From contig CM059432.1 of the NCBI GenBank assembly GCA_030390025.1, forward strand, positions 77,192,001 to 77,256,000: a stretch of DNA of 64,000 nt, read 5' to 3'. This DNA comes from Squalus acanthias. Lineage: Eukaryota. Below the pieces are notes generated by a model that saw only the letters and a list, made by a program, of their open reading frames with translations, made no database searches and was not told where the DNA came from. Position 1 is the first letter of the stretch; each line of letters starts with the position of its first letter. This document shows positions 1-11,115 of this stretch, in pieces. A program made the position numbers and the translations under genes.

Positions 1-1119
1 AGCAGAAAAGGACATTATATAGGCAATAGTATAGATTACAGCAGTTTTTTTTTGTTGGCAGGAACCCGGGTCCCATTGAACATTTTCAGGTCAAGTATGA
101 GCATGGGAAAGGTGTATAGCTCCCTCTACTCTGTTCTACCAATGAGCCCCTCAACTTCATTGCCTTTAGTACCAATATACCATTTCCAATTCCCACTTCA
201 GCCATCACTTTCCTAATGTTTAGTACCAATTGTTGTGGGCAATTTTTATGTTGAGCCACTGCCTACTAAAAGCTGGGTTGACAATGCCCAACTCATCCCC
301 CCCGCCGCCCCAAAATCCTTACAGGTAGCAGAAAGAGGAAACTTTCACCCCTATCCGAGCTGGATTTGAACCATGTATAAAGGTAATTTTACCCCACTAC
401 TATAATCTTCAGTCACTGAGATGGAAATTGGTTATGCCCGTTTTCAAATCCATAACCAGGAGCACACTGACAGCATTTGCCCCAACCGGGAGGCCCAAGG
501 CCCACCTAAAATTCGTCCTCGGGTCTCATTAACATATGTTTGCGTGAGTTGATGGCACCTGTCGCAAATCCACAGGCAGCTCGCGCATTTTACCAAGAGT
601 AATATCAGGCCACTTGCCTCGCCAGCAGCAGCCTGAAGTCAAGTCCCGAGAGGGGGGTTGGAGCATCAACAATCACTAGGACTGTGAAGTTGAGGGAGCA
701 CACCTGCTCCTCCTGGCTCAATAGCAACGATTTCTAAATTTAAAAAAATTACCTTACGTTGACAACCATAAGGGGCCGTTGAAGAATCCCGAGTGGAGCA
801 GAACTGGCTCCTGCTCCACTCATCACCAATCAATTTCGGCAATGGGATCTAAAATAGGCATTAGAGCCCTCATTTATATTTCATGGATGCCTGAAAAATG
901 GGCCTGATGATCTTAGCAGGGGCCGGAACACTTGTGGCGTGTGGGTGCATGCCATCCCACTGCTAAATTGTTTGCGCCTGTTGTACGCTCATAAAACGGG
1001 TGCAATGATGTTGAATTTAGGCCCCACTGTGTCTACATCCAGGATCTGTTTGCTTTGGCACACTGTAGTTATATAATTTGTTTTTTGGACTGTTACATTT
1101 AGTGTACAAAACTCTGTAA

Positions 1120-1690
1120 TGGAGTATTTTCTGTATCAGGTAATTTAGCAGCATGGATAGCAAATTGGTTGATGGATGAAAACAAGAGAGTTAGTGTACA
1201 TGGGTGTTACTCAGGTTGGAGATGGGTTGGAGGTACCCCAAGGGTCAGTGCTGGGTCCACCTTTGTTCTCAGTATATATAGCTGATTTGGCCTTGGTTAT
1301 AGGAAGCATAGGTGATTTGTATTTGGTTATAGGAAACACAATCTTGAAATATGAAGAAGAAGAAGAAGAAGAAGAAAGTGAAATGGGGCGGGTTGGAAAA
1401 CAGACGGCTGATCCAATCCCGTCAGTTTCCTGCTGGGCATGTTCGGTTAAAATGACCCTGAAGGGTTGTTGGAGCATTGAATTTGGAGCTTTGCCACAGG
1501 GAGCAGCTGAGGCAGAAATCTTTACATCTTTTAAGGGAAAGTTGAATAAATACTTAAAGCAGATGAAAATAGAGGGCTATGGGAAGAGTGAAGGGCAGTG
1601 GGATCAGTTTTAGATTGTTCTAGCAAAGAGCCAACACTGAAACAATGGGCCGAACGGTCTCCTGTGCTGTAAACTTCTATGGCTCTGTTA
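1120..1690 (+). mobile_element. Degenerate, internally deleted CR1 LINE fragment (RT motif and 3' end)
   Basis: VPQGSVLGPPLFSVYIADL RT motif; FTSFKGKLNKYLK ORF2 C-terminus; CR1-type 3' UTR ending ...gtgctgtaaacttctatg; interrupted by a (GAA)n tract at ~1352-1376. Confidence 0.8.
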
Positions 1691-2049
1691 ATAGCTGTAT
1701 GGTAGTGGTCCTTTTCACATGACTTTAATGCAGATTGCTGTAACATTGCTAAAAGCATTAAGGGATTGAATTTCCACAGGAGTTCTCCCAAACATCCTCC
1801 ATAACTTTAGCAGAAGATCCCCGGAAACCCTGGTAGATCCATTGGACCCCCTGTGACCCACCTCATTGTCTTAGCTGTACTCTGATGTGTCTTTGATGTA
1901 ATGCCTCCCTAACAGATTGTATCTCTGCAGACACATTGTTCTCTGTGTATATATACGGTTCTGATGTGGAGATGCCGGCGTTGGACTGGGGTGGACAAAA
2001 ATGAGAAGTCGCACAACACCAGGTTATAGTCCAACAGATTTATTTAATT

Positions 2050-2087
2050 TTACAAGCTTTCGGAGCTATCGCTCCTTCGTCAGGTAA
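2050..2087 (-). ncRNA. Minimal type-I hammerhead ribozyme motif
   Basis: Exact reverse complement of the 2640-2677 motif. Confidence 0.75.
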
Positions 2088-2639
2088 GTTAGCAATGAGA
2101 GAATCTCCCAGAATTCACAATTTAAACCCAGACAAAATCTATTCACATTATTCGCTACAACAAAGAGCACAGCCAAGACAATGAGATGTGTCCCAGGGGG
2201 TCCAGCGTGTCAAACCACCTGCTGGCTGCATATCCTGTCAATTTGTGTTCTTGTGTTTTTAAAAAAAAAACAAAAAAAAAACAAAACAAAAAAAAAACAA
2301 AAAAAAACACCTGGGAAGACCGGCCATGATGTCAAGTCACGTTCTGTATCGTGACATGAACCCGATATCGCGATATCGGGTTCATGTCACGATACAGAAC
2401 GTGACTTGACATCATGGCCGGTCTTCCCAGGTGTTTTTTTTTTTTGTTTTGTTTTTTTTTTTTTTTAAAAACACAAGAACACAAATTGACAGGATATGCA
2501 GCCAGCAGGTGGTTTGACACGCTGGACCCCCTGGGACACATCTCATTGTCTTGGCTGTGCTCTTTGTTGTAGCGAATAATGTGAATAGATTTTGTCTGGG
2601 TTTAAATTGTGAATTCTGGGAGATTCTCTCATTGCTAAC

Positions 2640-2677
2640 TTACCTGACGAAGGAGCGATAGCTCCGAAAGCTTGTAA
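2640..2677 (+). ncRNA. Minimal type-I hammerhead ribozyme motif
   Basis: ttac-CTGACGA-a-ggagc(gata)gctcc-GAA-AGCT-T-gtaa: stem I ttac/gtaa, CUGANGA core, stem II, GAAA, palindromic stem III. Confidence 0.75.
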
Positions 2678-2772
2678 AATTAAATAAATCTGTTGGACTA
2701 TAACCTGGTGTTGTGCGACTTCTCATTTTTATATATACGGTGTAATCGATTTGTATTCCCTCACTGTACCTG

Positions 2773-2807
2773 TACCTGAAGAAGGAGCGGAGCTCCGAAA
2801 GCTCGTA
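2773..2807 (+). ncRNA. Minimal type-I hammerhead ribozyme motif
   Basis: tac-CTGAAGA-a-ggagc(gga)gctcc-GAA-AGCT-C-gta. Confidence 0.7.
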
Positions 2808-3200
2808 ATTTTAAATAAAACTGTTGGACTATAACCTGGTGTTGTGCGACTTCTCATTTTAGATCCATTTATGCCAGGTGTTTGCAGATCTTAGCCGCAG
2901 TTACAGCAGACAGACAATCAGGAGAACCTCCGTTGAAATTCAACCCATCAAAGTTTTACCGGATAAAATAAAGCACATCCTGTCCTGTCTAAGGATGCCA
3001 CATAACCAGAGTAAAGAAGGATCAGTATTGTGTTTGGGAATCATGCAATGTTTGCAGCTAACACCATATTACTGCAGTCAATTTTTAAAACTGCTGTCCT
3101 TTTAATAGGTTTATAGTCTGAAGTAAATTTTAAATTCAGAATCAGATAGATGCAAAACAGAATCAAGTTTAGATCAAAGATTATTTATCTCAAAATCTAG

Positions 3201-4097
3201 GGGGGAAAAATTCAGTTGGTTGCACCTCCCGTTAGCGCCTTAAGAGGGCGCTAATGGGGCGCAAAGCAACTAGCGCCCGGGCGCGGTGATGTTTGCGCCG
3301 CTCACGAAATTAGCTAGACATTTTGCGGCGGCGCTAAACACTACCGCCACGATCTCCTGCGCCGGCAGATCGTGACGTCAGTCGAGTGTGCAACGCCCCG
3401 GTAGCGCCCCGGAGCGGATATTGAGTGGCGCCCCCTGCCTTACCGCCTGCCGCTAGCAACGACAGGTTGAGGGGCGCGTTTTGCAGTCAGGAAGGGACTG
3501 GGGGAGCGCTATTTAAAGGTGACCGCTTCCTGCCTTTTTTTGTTGGTGACATTTTTGAACCACGTATTCTGAGAGAGAGAGAGAGAGAGGGACTTCTGGA
3601 GAGATTAAAAGCTGTGTGAAGGAGTTTTGGATACTGAGCAGCACTTTGCAGGTTCATTTTGATTTGCCCTTCCTTGTATCGATTTAGAAGAGACTGTGGG
3701 GGTTGCACGCTGAGCTCTTTCCCTGGGCCTCTCCATTGTTCTTTCCAGCAGATTTGATGTACAGGTCTCTCCAGGCCGAGATTCAAGGCTGCAATGAGCA
3801 GGATGGGGATGGAAAGCAAGATCAACCCTCCCCTTTAAGAACTGGCCAGTGCCATTGTGTCTGTGTTCCATTGCTGACCGACATCACATGTGCTTCGCCA
3901 GCACTCTGAGTTAGCGCCTCGCTCCTCGACCTTTGCGCCTTAAGACAGATGTGTAGCGCCTGATTTAGCGCTCCAATCACCTCCATGGGCGATAAAAGTC
4001 AAGTTTGCAGTCGGAGGCGATAATTAGCGCCAGGCGCTAATCTTTGTGCCCGGCCGATAATTGCGCCCCAAACGGGGCGATTCTGAATTTTTCCCCC
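3201..4097 (+). mobile_element. ~900-bp non-autonomous PIF/Harbinger element (MITE), copy 1
   Basis: Perfect 15-bp TIR gggggaaaaattcag; 3-bp TSD TAG; close copies at 18364-19270 and 35119-36014. Confidence 0.9.
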
Positions 4098-4111
4098 TAG
4101 GAGTCCTATAA

Positions 4112-4243
4112 TTACAAAAGCAAATTACTGCAGATGCTGGAAATCTGAAATAAAAACAGAAAATGCTGGAAATACTCAGCAGGTCAGGCAGCATCTGTGG
4201 AGAGAGAAACAGAGTTCACGTTTCAGGTCGATGACTTTTCATC
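4112..4243 (-). mobile_element. Penelope-like pLTR fragment (family 2), degenerate hammerhead
   Basis: Same sequence as the arms of 10878-11115 and 17399-17691. Confidence 0.7.
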
Positions 4244-4245
4244 AA

Positions 4246-4511
4246 TCACATTGCTGTGGGTCTGGTGTCATATATAGGCCAGACCAGGTAAGGACGGCAG
4301 ATTTCCTTCCCTAAAGGATATTAGTGAACTAGATGGGTTTTTACGGCAATCCGGTAGTTTTGATTACTGATACTAGCTTTTCGTTTATTAATTAACTGAA
4401 TTTAAAATTCCCCAGCTGCTATGGTGGGATTTGAACTCATGTCTCTGGATCATTAGTCCAGGTCTCTGGTTTACTAGTCCAGTAATATAACCACTAATGC
4501 TACTGTAACCC
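4246..4511 (-). mobile_element. tRNA-derived SINE (5' part)
   Basis: Minus strand shows A-box-like tagcattagtgg and B-box gagttcaaatcc followed by a non-tRNA body. Confidence 0.65.
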
Positions 4512-4899
4512 ATACCCCGTGATCCCGACTATTGACAATTGCTGCACCAATTTACTGACGTTCAGTAAGTGACACTGTGCTATTGAACCATTGAATCAGC
4601 CGATCAGTCATGTAGCCCCCAAAATGAGGACACTTGTACGTACTGACTCAAGGCTGCCTTGAGTGTCAATTTGCACATGGTATAGTAAGCTACCTCATAA
4701 ACTCATAATCCTTGTTAGGGATTTGATACCTGTAGTAGTTTTGCTGCTTTTATACAGCATTTTTCAAATTAGTGCAACACTCTCCTGGGCATAATCACAA
4801 TACTAAAAGTCTAGTAATGAATGGGCAAGCGCACATTGGTACACTTTTAGTACAGATTTCCATTTGCTCTACAACATCAGCCACCTCTGCCCCTACCTC

Positions 4900-5675
4900 A
4901 GTCAACCTTCCACTGAAGACCTCATTCATGCCTTTGTCACCTCCAGACTTTATGTTAATGCTCTCCTGGTCAGCCTCCCATCCTCACCCTCCGTAAGCTT
5001 TATCGCAACCAGAACTCTACTGCCTTTATCCTGTAGGAGTTAAAATATTTTATAGGGTTTTAATAAGAAATGTAAAATTAAAGAATGTGCCGTAAGAAGT
5101 AAATTCGTAAATAGAGAATGGTTTCGCTGACAGTGCGATGAGTAATGTCTGTGGTCAACATTGAGGCCCACCAAGGAGGCCACCAAGGCAATAATAGTAC
5201 AACGATTACACAATCACCGCATGACCGGCTAGACCGGCTAGTCCGAATGGACAGATGTGAGGCAAACCGCTATGCTTGTAGTTTCGGTAGGGAAACATTT
5301 GAACCTAACGTACATATTATAATTAGAAATCTGTTGCTAAGGCTATGTGATTGGATGAATAATGTATAAAAGGAATCTCATACCACTGTAATTTCGAGAA
5401 GAAGTAAGTCACTAGGCTGCGGAGTTTATGGCTTCTTCTCCCAGAGATCTCTGAATATTAATAAACTGTTTGCTTGTACCTATCAACACAGATTGGAGTG
5501 AAGTAATTTCTCCACAACAATCCGATTCCGCTCCAAGTCCCACACCTTTATCCGATTCTGCTCCAAGTCCCGCTCACCCCTGTTCTCACTGACCGAGATT
5601 GATCCCGGGTTTCCCCAATGCCTCAAATTAAAAATTCTCATCCTTGTGTTTAAATTTCTCCATAGCCTCGCACCG
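4900..5675 (+). mobile_element. Old L2 LINE 3' fragment interrupted by a solo LTR
   Basis: Similar to the L2 3' region at 16480-16730 (ctcattcatgcctttgtcacctccagac ... aaaattctcatccttgtgtttaaa). Confidence 0.7.
5032..5519 (+). mobile_element. Solo LTR, copy 1
   Basis: TGTAGGAG...CTCCACAACA ends (TG..CA); 4-bp TSD atcc; internal tataaaa (~5365) and aataaa (~5460); second copy at 43385-43862. Confidence 0.85.
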
Positions 5676-7749
5676 TGAGAAGTTAATTGTAGCCATTGGC
5701 ATAAGCCAAGGCACCCTTTGCATGTAAATGGCATCAGGTGCCATGGGACAAATGACACAAGATAAAATAGGATCACATGTAACTGAACAGAAACCGTTAC
5801 AGTGGCACCCAGGCGGGTAAACTTAGAAGCCAAAGGGGGGGGGAGGTGGGGGCGGTTGCAGTTAAAATGGAGCGCGTGACTTACCCACTCCTTTCCCATC
5901 CCTACCTGGCCATTTTAAATTGCAGGCGGCAAGGACATCCGCAGCTAGCTGGCAGGATCCTCTTGAAATATAATGTCATCGGGCTCGATCTGCCATTTTA
6001 ACCTGAGGGCAGCAGTGTTGGCTACCCCACCAGGTCAAACCTGCCGAGAACAGCAGCCAGGGCCAGAAGAGACCCCCCACCCCCGAGACTTGGCTAACTG
6101 CAAACGACCATTCCCGCGAGTCTCGCGCCGGCCTTGTGCTGCCCGAATTCCCGCTGCTGTCCACTGCCATGCAGTGATTTCTGCTGGGTTCGGACAGAAG
6201 TCTAATCCCGAATATGGAAATGAGGCCCGGGAGCTCAAATCTCACTGGGCCTCAGCATGAGAGCTTGACGCTGGCCCTTGCCCTGGCTACGGCCTTCACC
6301 ATTCCCATCGAGCCCATGATTCTTTGAATCAGATAGTTGTCAGGATATTGTGTTGAGGATATCATGTTGTATGCTCAGTTACAGAGACTTCATACTAACT
6401 GGCTGTTCCAAATACATCGTCCTATTGAAACCTTTAAAGCAACACAGCTTTGAAAGTTAAAATTAAAATTAAAAATAAGTGATTACCAATTAAAAATGTT
6501 AAAAAGTATTCACAACTTAAACCAAATAAACCCTCAAAACATATATACACATACTTCGACAACCACAGTGCAACAGAAGGCCCACTCGCCAGAGGGCAAG
6601 ATGGATAAAGTCAGTTTTTCACCCCTCTGAGATAAGAAACCCTACTTCCATGGAGTGCCACATCTAGCAACCCAGCCAAGCACTGACAAACCTCATTACA
6701 CATGTGGCTGGTGGATTTGAGCATTAGGCAGCCTGGGGTCCAACACTGTGAACCCAGGGATGTGAAGCAAATATTATAACCTTTTGACTGGCAAGCCACT
6801 AGCAAACCTACAACTTTCTGATTTACTGGTTGTCAACGTTCTCTACCTGGATCTTCATAGTCCGTAGATCCGGTAATGAACATCTCAAAAAAAGCAAATG
6901 CAGTTAACTTGTTTTAATTGTGCAAAAATAGAAAATAAACCAAAGCTTCATTTGACATGTTCTTGGCATCATAGATCCCTGCAAACCAAATGGAACTGTC
7001 TTTGCTTCTTAGCCTAAAGAATCAAGAGAAATTGTTTGTCAAATCAATGTCTACAGGGGGTGTTTGAAAGACACACTTCTGAACATGAGTGGAGCTACAT
7101 GACTGCCAGGCAACCAATACTGCAATGGACAGGACAAGTAAAGTGAAAACGGAGATCAAAGCAGTCACCCATTTATTTTCACTATTAACTATTTGAGTGC
7201 TGAATTTGTCCTTTACTCTCCATAGCTTGAAAAAAAACTTTTAATCCAGAATAAAAAAATGGCCACATGCTAAAAATTAAAAGAAACATTTTATGAAATG
7301 CTGATGTGGAATTATGAGTCATGTAGTGCCTCTAATCACAATAAAAAGGATAATGTGCGAGAACATTGCTCCCGTTGGCATTTTTATTGAATTATCCAAA
7401 CAACAGGGTATCTAAAAACCTAATCTAATTTGTCCCTTGGACAGAATTAAACATATTTTTTTTTAAATACACTGGAGGAAAATTATCACTAATCACTTTC
7501 AATAACACTTATGATTGCGATTATATTGACATAAATCAATCAATACAATTGGAGCATTACTGACAATTGGGCCCAGATATTTATGGGGAGGCTGAAAATG
7601 GCTGAAGAACCCAAACTTAACAGCAGGACCTCATTCAGATTTCTTTAGCTCATTGCCCACCCGGCAGCCAGCCAAATGGACAGCCCGGCCTGCTTCGGGA
7701 TGGAACACCATCAGCAGGAGGCCGTTGCCAGGGACTCTTATGGACGGTC

Positions 7750-8760
7750 TTCTGCATGGATGGTCACGTGCCGGGCTCCGCCATCGTTGAGGATGGGGAA
7801 TTCATGGAGCCTCCTCCTCCCGTTAGTTGTTTAATTGTCCACCACCATTCACGACTGGATGGGGCAGGACTGCAGAGTTTTTATCTGATCCGTTGGTTGT
7901 GGGGTTGCTTAGCTCTGTCTATAGCATGCTGCTTCTGCTGTTTATCATGCATGTAGTCCTGTGTTGCAGCTTCCCCAGGTTGGCACCTCATTTTTAGGTA
8001 CACCTGGTGCTGCTCCTGGCATGCTCTTCTGCACACCTCATTGAACCAGGGTTGGTCCCCTGGCTTGATGGTAATGGTAGAGTGAGGGATATGCCTGTCC
8101 TTAAGGTTACAAATTGTAGTGGAATACAATTCTGCTACTGCTGATGGTCCACAGCATCTCATGGATGCCCAGATTTGAATGCTAGATCTGTTCTGAATCT
8201 ATCTCATTTAGCACGGTGGTAGTGCCACACAACATGATGGAGGGTGTCCTCAGTGTAAAGACGGGATTTCGTCTCCACAAGGACTGTGCAGTGGTCACTG
8301 CTACCAATACTATCATGGACAGATGCATCTGCGACAGATAGATTGGTGAGGACGAGGTCAAGTAGGTTTTTCCTTTGTATTGGTTCTCTCACCACCTGTC
8401 GCAGGCCCAGACTGGCAGCTATGTCCTTCAGGACTCGGCCAGCTTGGTCAGTAGTGGTGCTACCAAGCCACTCTTGGTGATGGACATTGAAGTCGCCCAC
8501 CCAGAGTACATTCTGTGCCCTTGCTACTCTCAGTGCTTCTTCAAAGTGGTGTTCAACATGGAGGAGTACTGATTATCAGCTGAGGGAGGGCGGTAGGTGG
8601 TAATCAGCAGGAGGTTTCCTTGCCCATGCTTGACCTGAAGCCATGAGACTTCATGGGGTCCGGAGTCAATGTTGAGGACTCCCAGGGCCACTCCCTCCTG
8701 ACTGCATACCACAGTGCCGCCACCCCTGGTGGGTCTGTCCTATCAGGACAGACCCAGGGA
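7750..8760 (-). mobile_element. LINE ORF2 fragment (APE endonuclease and linker), CR1-group family distinct from the vertebrate-type CR1
   Basis: TYRPPS, GDFNVHHQEWLGS, LDLVLTN, SDH motifs; frameshifted; homologous to 56570-57860. Confidence 0.85.
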
Positions 8761-9760
8761 TGGTGATGGTGGAGGAGTTTGGGACATAGGCATACTCACA
8801 GAATCATACCTTTCAGCCAATGTCAGGCTGTTGCTTGACTAGTCTGTGGGACTCCTCTCCCAATTTTGGCACAAGTCCCCAGATGTTAGTGAGGAGGACT
8901 TTGCAGGGTCGACTGGGCTGATGTGCCGTTGTCGTATCCAAAGCCGGTGCTGAGGTCGATGAGCTAGGTGGGGGGGGGGGGGGGGGTGACCTTGCGAGAG
9001 AAAAGAGAGTGCCTGTGGTCAGGAGATCTGGGGGAGGTCGGTAATCGAGAGGGAGGGGGCGGAGGAGGAGGCTGAAGGCTTCCTTGAGGGGCCGGCGGGG
9101 GGGGGGGGGGGGGGGGTGCGGAGCAATCCCACTCCTGGCCCACGAGGAGTGCTGAAACACACACTTACCTTGTGGAGCCAGCAGCTTCTTTTCTTTGCCG
9201 GGTTTCCTGACCCCTGGGAAGCCTGTGCAGTAGTCAATGAAATCAAGCTCCCAATTGCAATGTGGCAACCCGATTTAAATGTTAATTAAGTGCCCAGTCT
9301 CTCCACCGCGGGACACTCGGACGCCCCCATAAAAAAGGTGGTAGATGCATGAGCGGTGTGTTAAGCTCGCGTTCCCCGTATTTAACACTTTAACCCCTCC
9401 AAACCCTCTCCCACCTGTTGGGTGGCCGGTAGGGGGGGGGGGGGGGTTAATATTCAGGCCTTCAATTACATCTAAATAACCTACAAGAATGCTTAAGAGC
9501 ACCGAATCTGACAACAGCTTAAAAAGCAATTAGTTTAGAAAAAAGGGAATTCTATGTTTAAACAATGTCTTGTAATACTGCTCTGGCTCATCTTTCACCT
9601 CCCCCCCACCCCCAACTCCCCATGAAACTTAACATGCCCACTTTAATATCGCTCAACACATAACACAACAACAACTGCAGGTACAACTGAGGAGGATTTA
9701 GAAGCAAAAAATTGTATCTAATAGATTTTCAGTGCACCAGTATTTAGTTAGGAACACAAA

Positions 9761-9906
9761 GGGGGTGAATTTCCAAGAGGAATTCTCCTGCTCTCCTGCT
9801 GTGACTTTGGAGGAAGAGCCACGGAACCCCCGGAAAAATGGTGTAAATGGCGCTTACACTGTTTTTCCGAGGCTCTTCCGAGCCAACCCCACGGAAATTC
9901 ATCCCC
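9761..9906. mobile_element. Small palindromic MITE
   Basis: TIR gggggtgaatttcc / ggaaattcatcccc; flanking AAA/AAA 3-bp duplication; internal dyad symmetry. Confidence 0.65.
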
Positions 9907-10877
9907 AAAGGGCACTGAAGTGCTGCTGTTGATTCACTAGGGAAGTTTTCAGCGGAACAAACTCCTCCGTCACATTGAACACCAGGAAAAAGTGTGTCGA
10001 TCAAACCTTTAGGGTTTCCAAATTCTTCATTTAGCTATAATAAACTTAATGAATTAGTGGCTCTAAATGCAATCAGCAATGATATCATCATCATCACAGC
10101 CTTGTGTTTAAACCAGTATGGGGGTAGATTTCCTCTGTGCTGTGTGTAACGACATCATAAAGGGGTTCTTTATAAACAGGTTTACAATTTTGTTACACAC
10201 TGAGGGAATCTTGCTCCCATATGTTTTCTGAGACATTTTACCATTAATGCTGCCAACTCTTTTAACGATCATAACTGTTGACTGCATGGAAGTTCAAACC
10301 AACAACTCTATAGTATTTACTGTTGAATTTTTAAGTTGAAACACTTTTGTATATGCACTCGTAGTGGGAGAGAAAAACAGACTACATATGACAGGATTTA
10401 GTATGAACTACAGTTAGTGGGAAAATCTTAGTTGGACCATTGGGAAGAATAGCCAATTTCAAAATACTATATAGCATATATTTTTAAATATTGCTTGCTT
10501 TTTCATAAGTGAAGAAAAAGAAAAATATTTAAATATCAAAGCAAACATAAAATTTACAAACTGGCTTAAATGCTGTAGATTACTTTAAAGGCAAGCAGTT
10601 TGCTTGCTGTCTGCTAATGTTTTAAAGAGTTTTATTTCCTTCTCAATTAATGGGGTTTTTTAAGTTAGGAAAAGGCGCAGAGATAAATCAAACTGGTTGG
10701 ATCTTGACACTGCAAGCAGCATTGCTGCAGTGTGCAGGATTTGAAGTTTTATGATGTGTAGTGTGAAGGGTTGTGAGCAAACAACACACAGCTTGTGCTG
10801 GCCTTTCTTGTGCTTCTACTGCACCTCGAAAAATTGTCAGTGGCTTGTCAGAATCAAGCAGAGAAACCAATTCAGTA

Positions 10878-11115
10878 CAATAGCAAAATACTGCGGATGC
10901 TGGAAATCTGAAATAACAACAGAAAGTGCTGGAAACACTCAGCAGGTCAGGCAGCATCAAGGAGAGAGAAACAGAGTCAACGTTTCGGGTCGAACCCTTC
11001 GTCAGAACTCCTGTTCTGGGTTCTGACGAAGGGTTCGACCCGAAATGTTGACTCTGTTTCTCTCTCCTTGATGCTGCCTGACCTGCTGAGTGTTTCCAGC
11101 ACTTTCTGTTGTTAT
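10878..11115. mobile_element. Inverted-repeat Penelope-like insert (family 2) with two outward-facing hammerhead motifs
   Basis: 13-bp TSD aaccaattcagta (10865-10877 and 11116-11128); ~96-bp arms, 11-nt spacer; gtt-CTGACGA-a-gggt(tcg)accc-GAA-ACGT-T-gac on the minus strand, with ATGT in the plus-strand copy. Confidence 0.85.

Larger units (their letters stand above)
1960..2729. mobile_element. Palindromic (head-to-head inverted) Penelope-like element, family 1
   Basis: 12-bp TSD tatatatacggt (1948-1959 and 2730-2741); arms 1997-2370 and 2371-2730 are reverse complements except for the A/C tract; extra ~37-nt tail on the left arm. Confidence 0.85.
1844..2859 (+). mobile_element. Non-autonomous Penelope-like pLTR fragment (family 1), host of the palindromic insert
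   Basis: 10-bp TSD tagatccatt (1834-1843 and 2860-2869); hammerhead motif followed by aataaaactgttggactataacctggtgttgtgcgac. Confidence 0.75.
1762..2946. mobile_element. Short palindromic MITE (Harbinger-like ends) split by nested Penelope-like inserts
   Basis: Imperfect terminal inverted repeats gggattgaatttccacaggagttctcc ... ggagaacctccgttgaaattcaaccc; a related intact copy lies at 9761-9906. Confidence 0.6.

Noticed and set aside
1176..1613. 145-aa ORF with poly-Glu
   Set aside because: Chance read-through of CR1 fragments and a (GAA)n microsatellite.
3425..3909. ORFs repeated three times in the window (also 18590-19044 and 35327-35789)
   Set aside because: They recur only because the MITE recurs; frames shift with the (GA)n tract length and no domain is recognisable.
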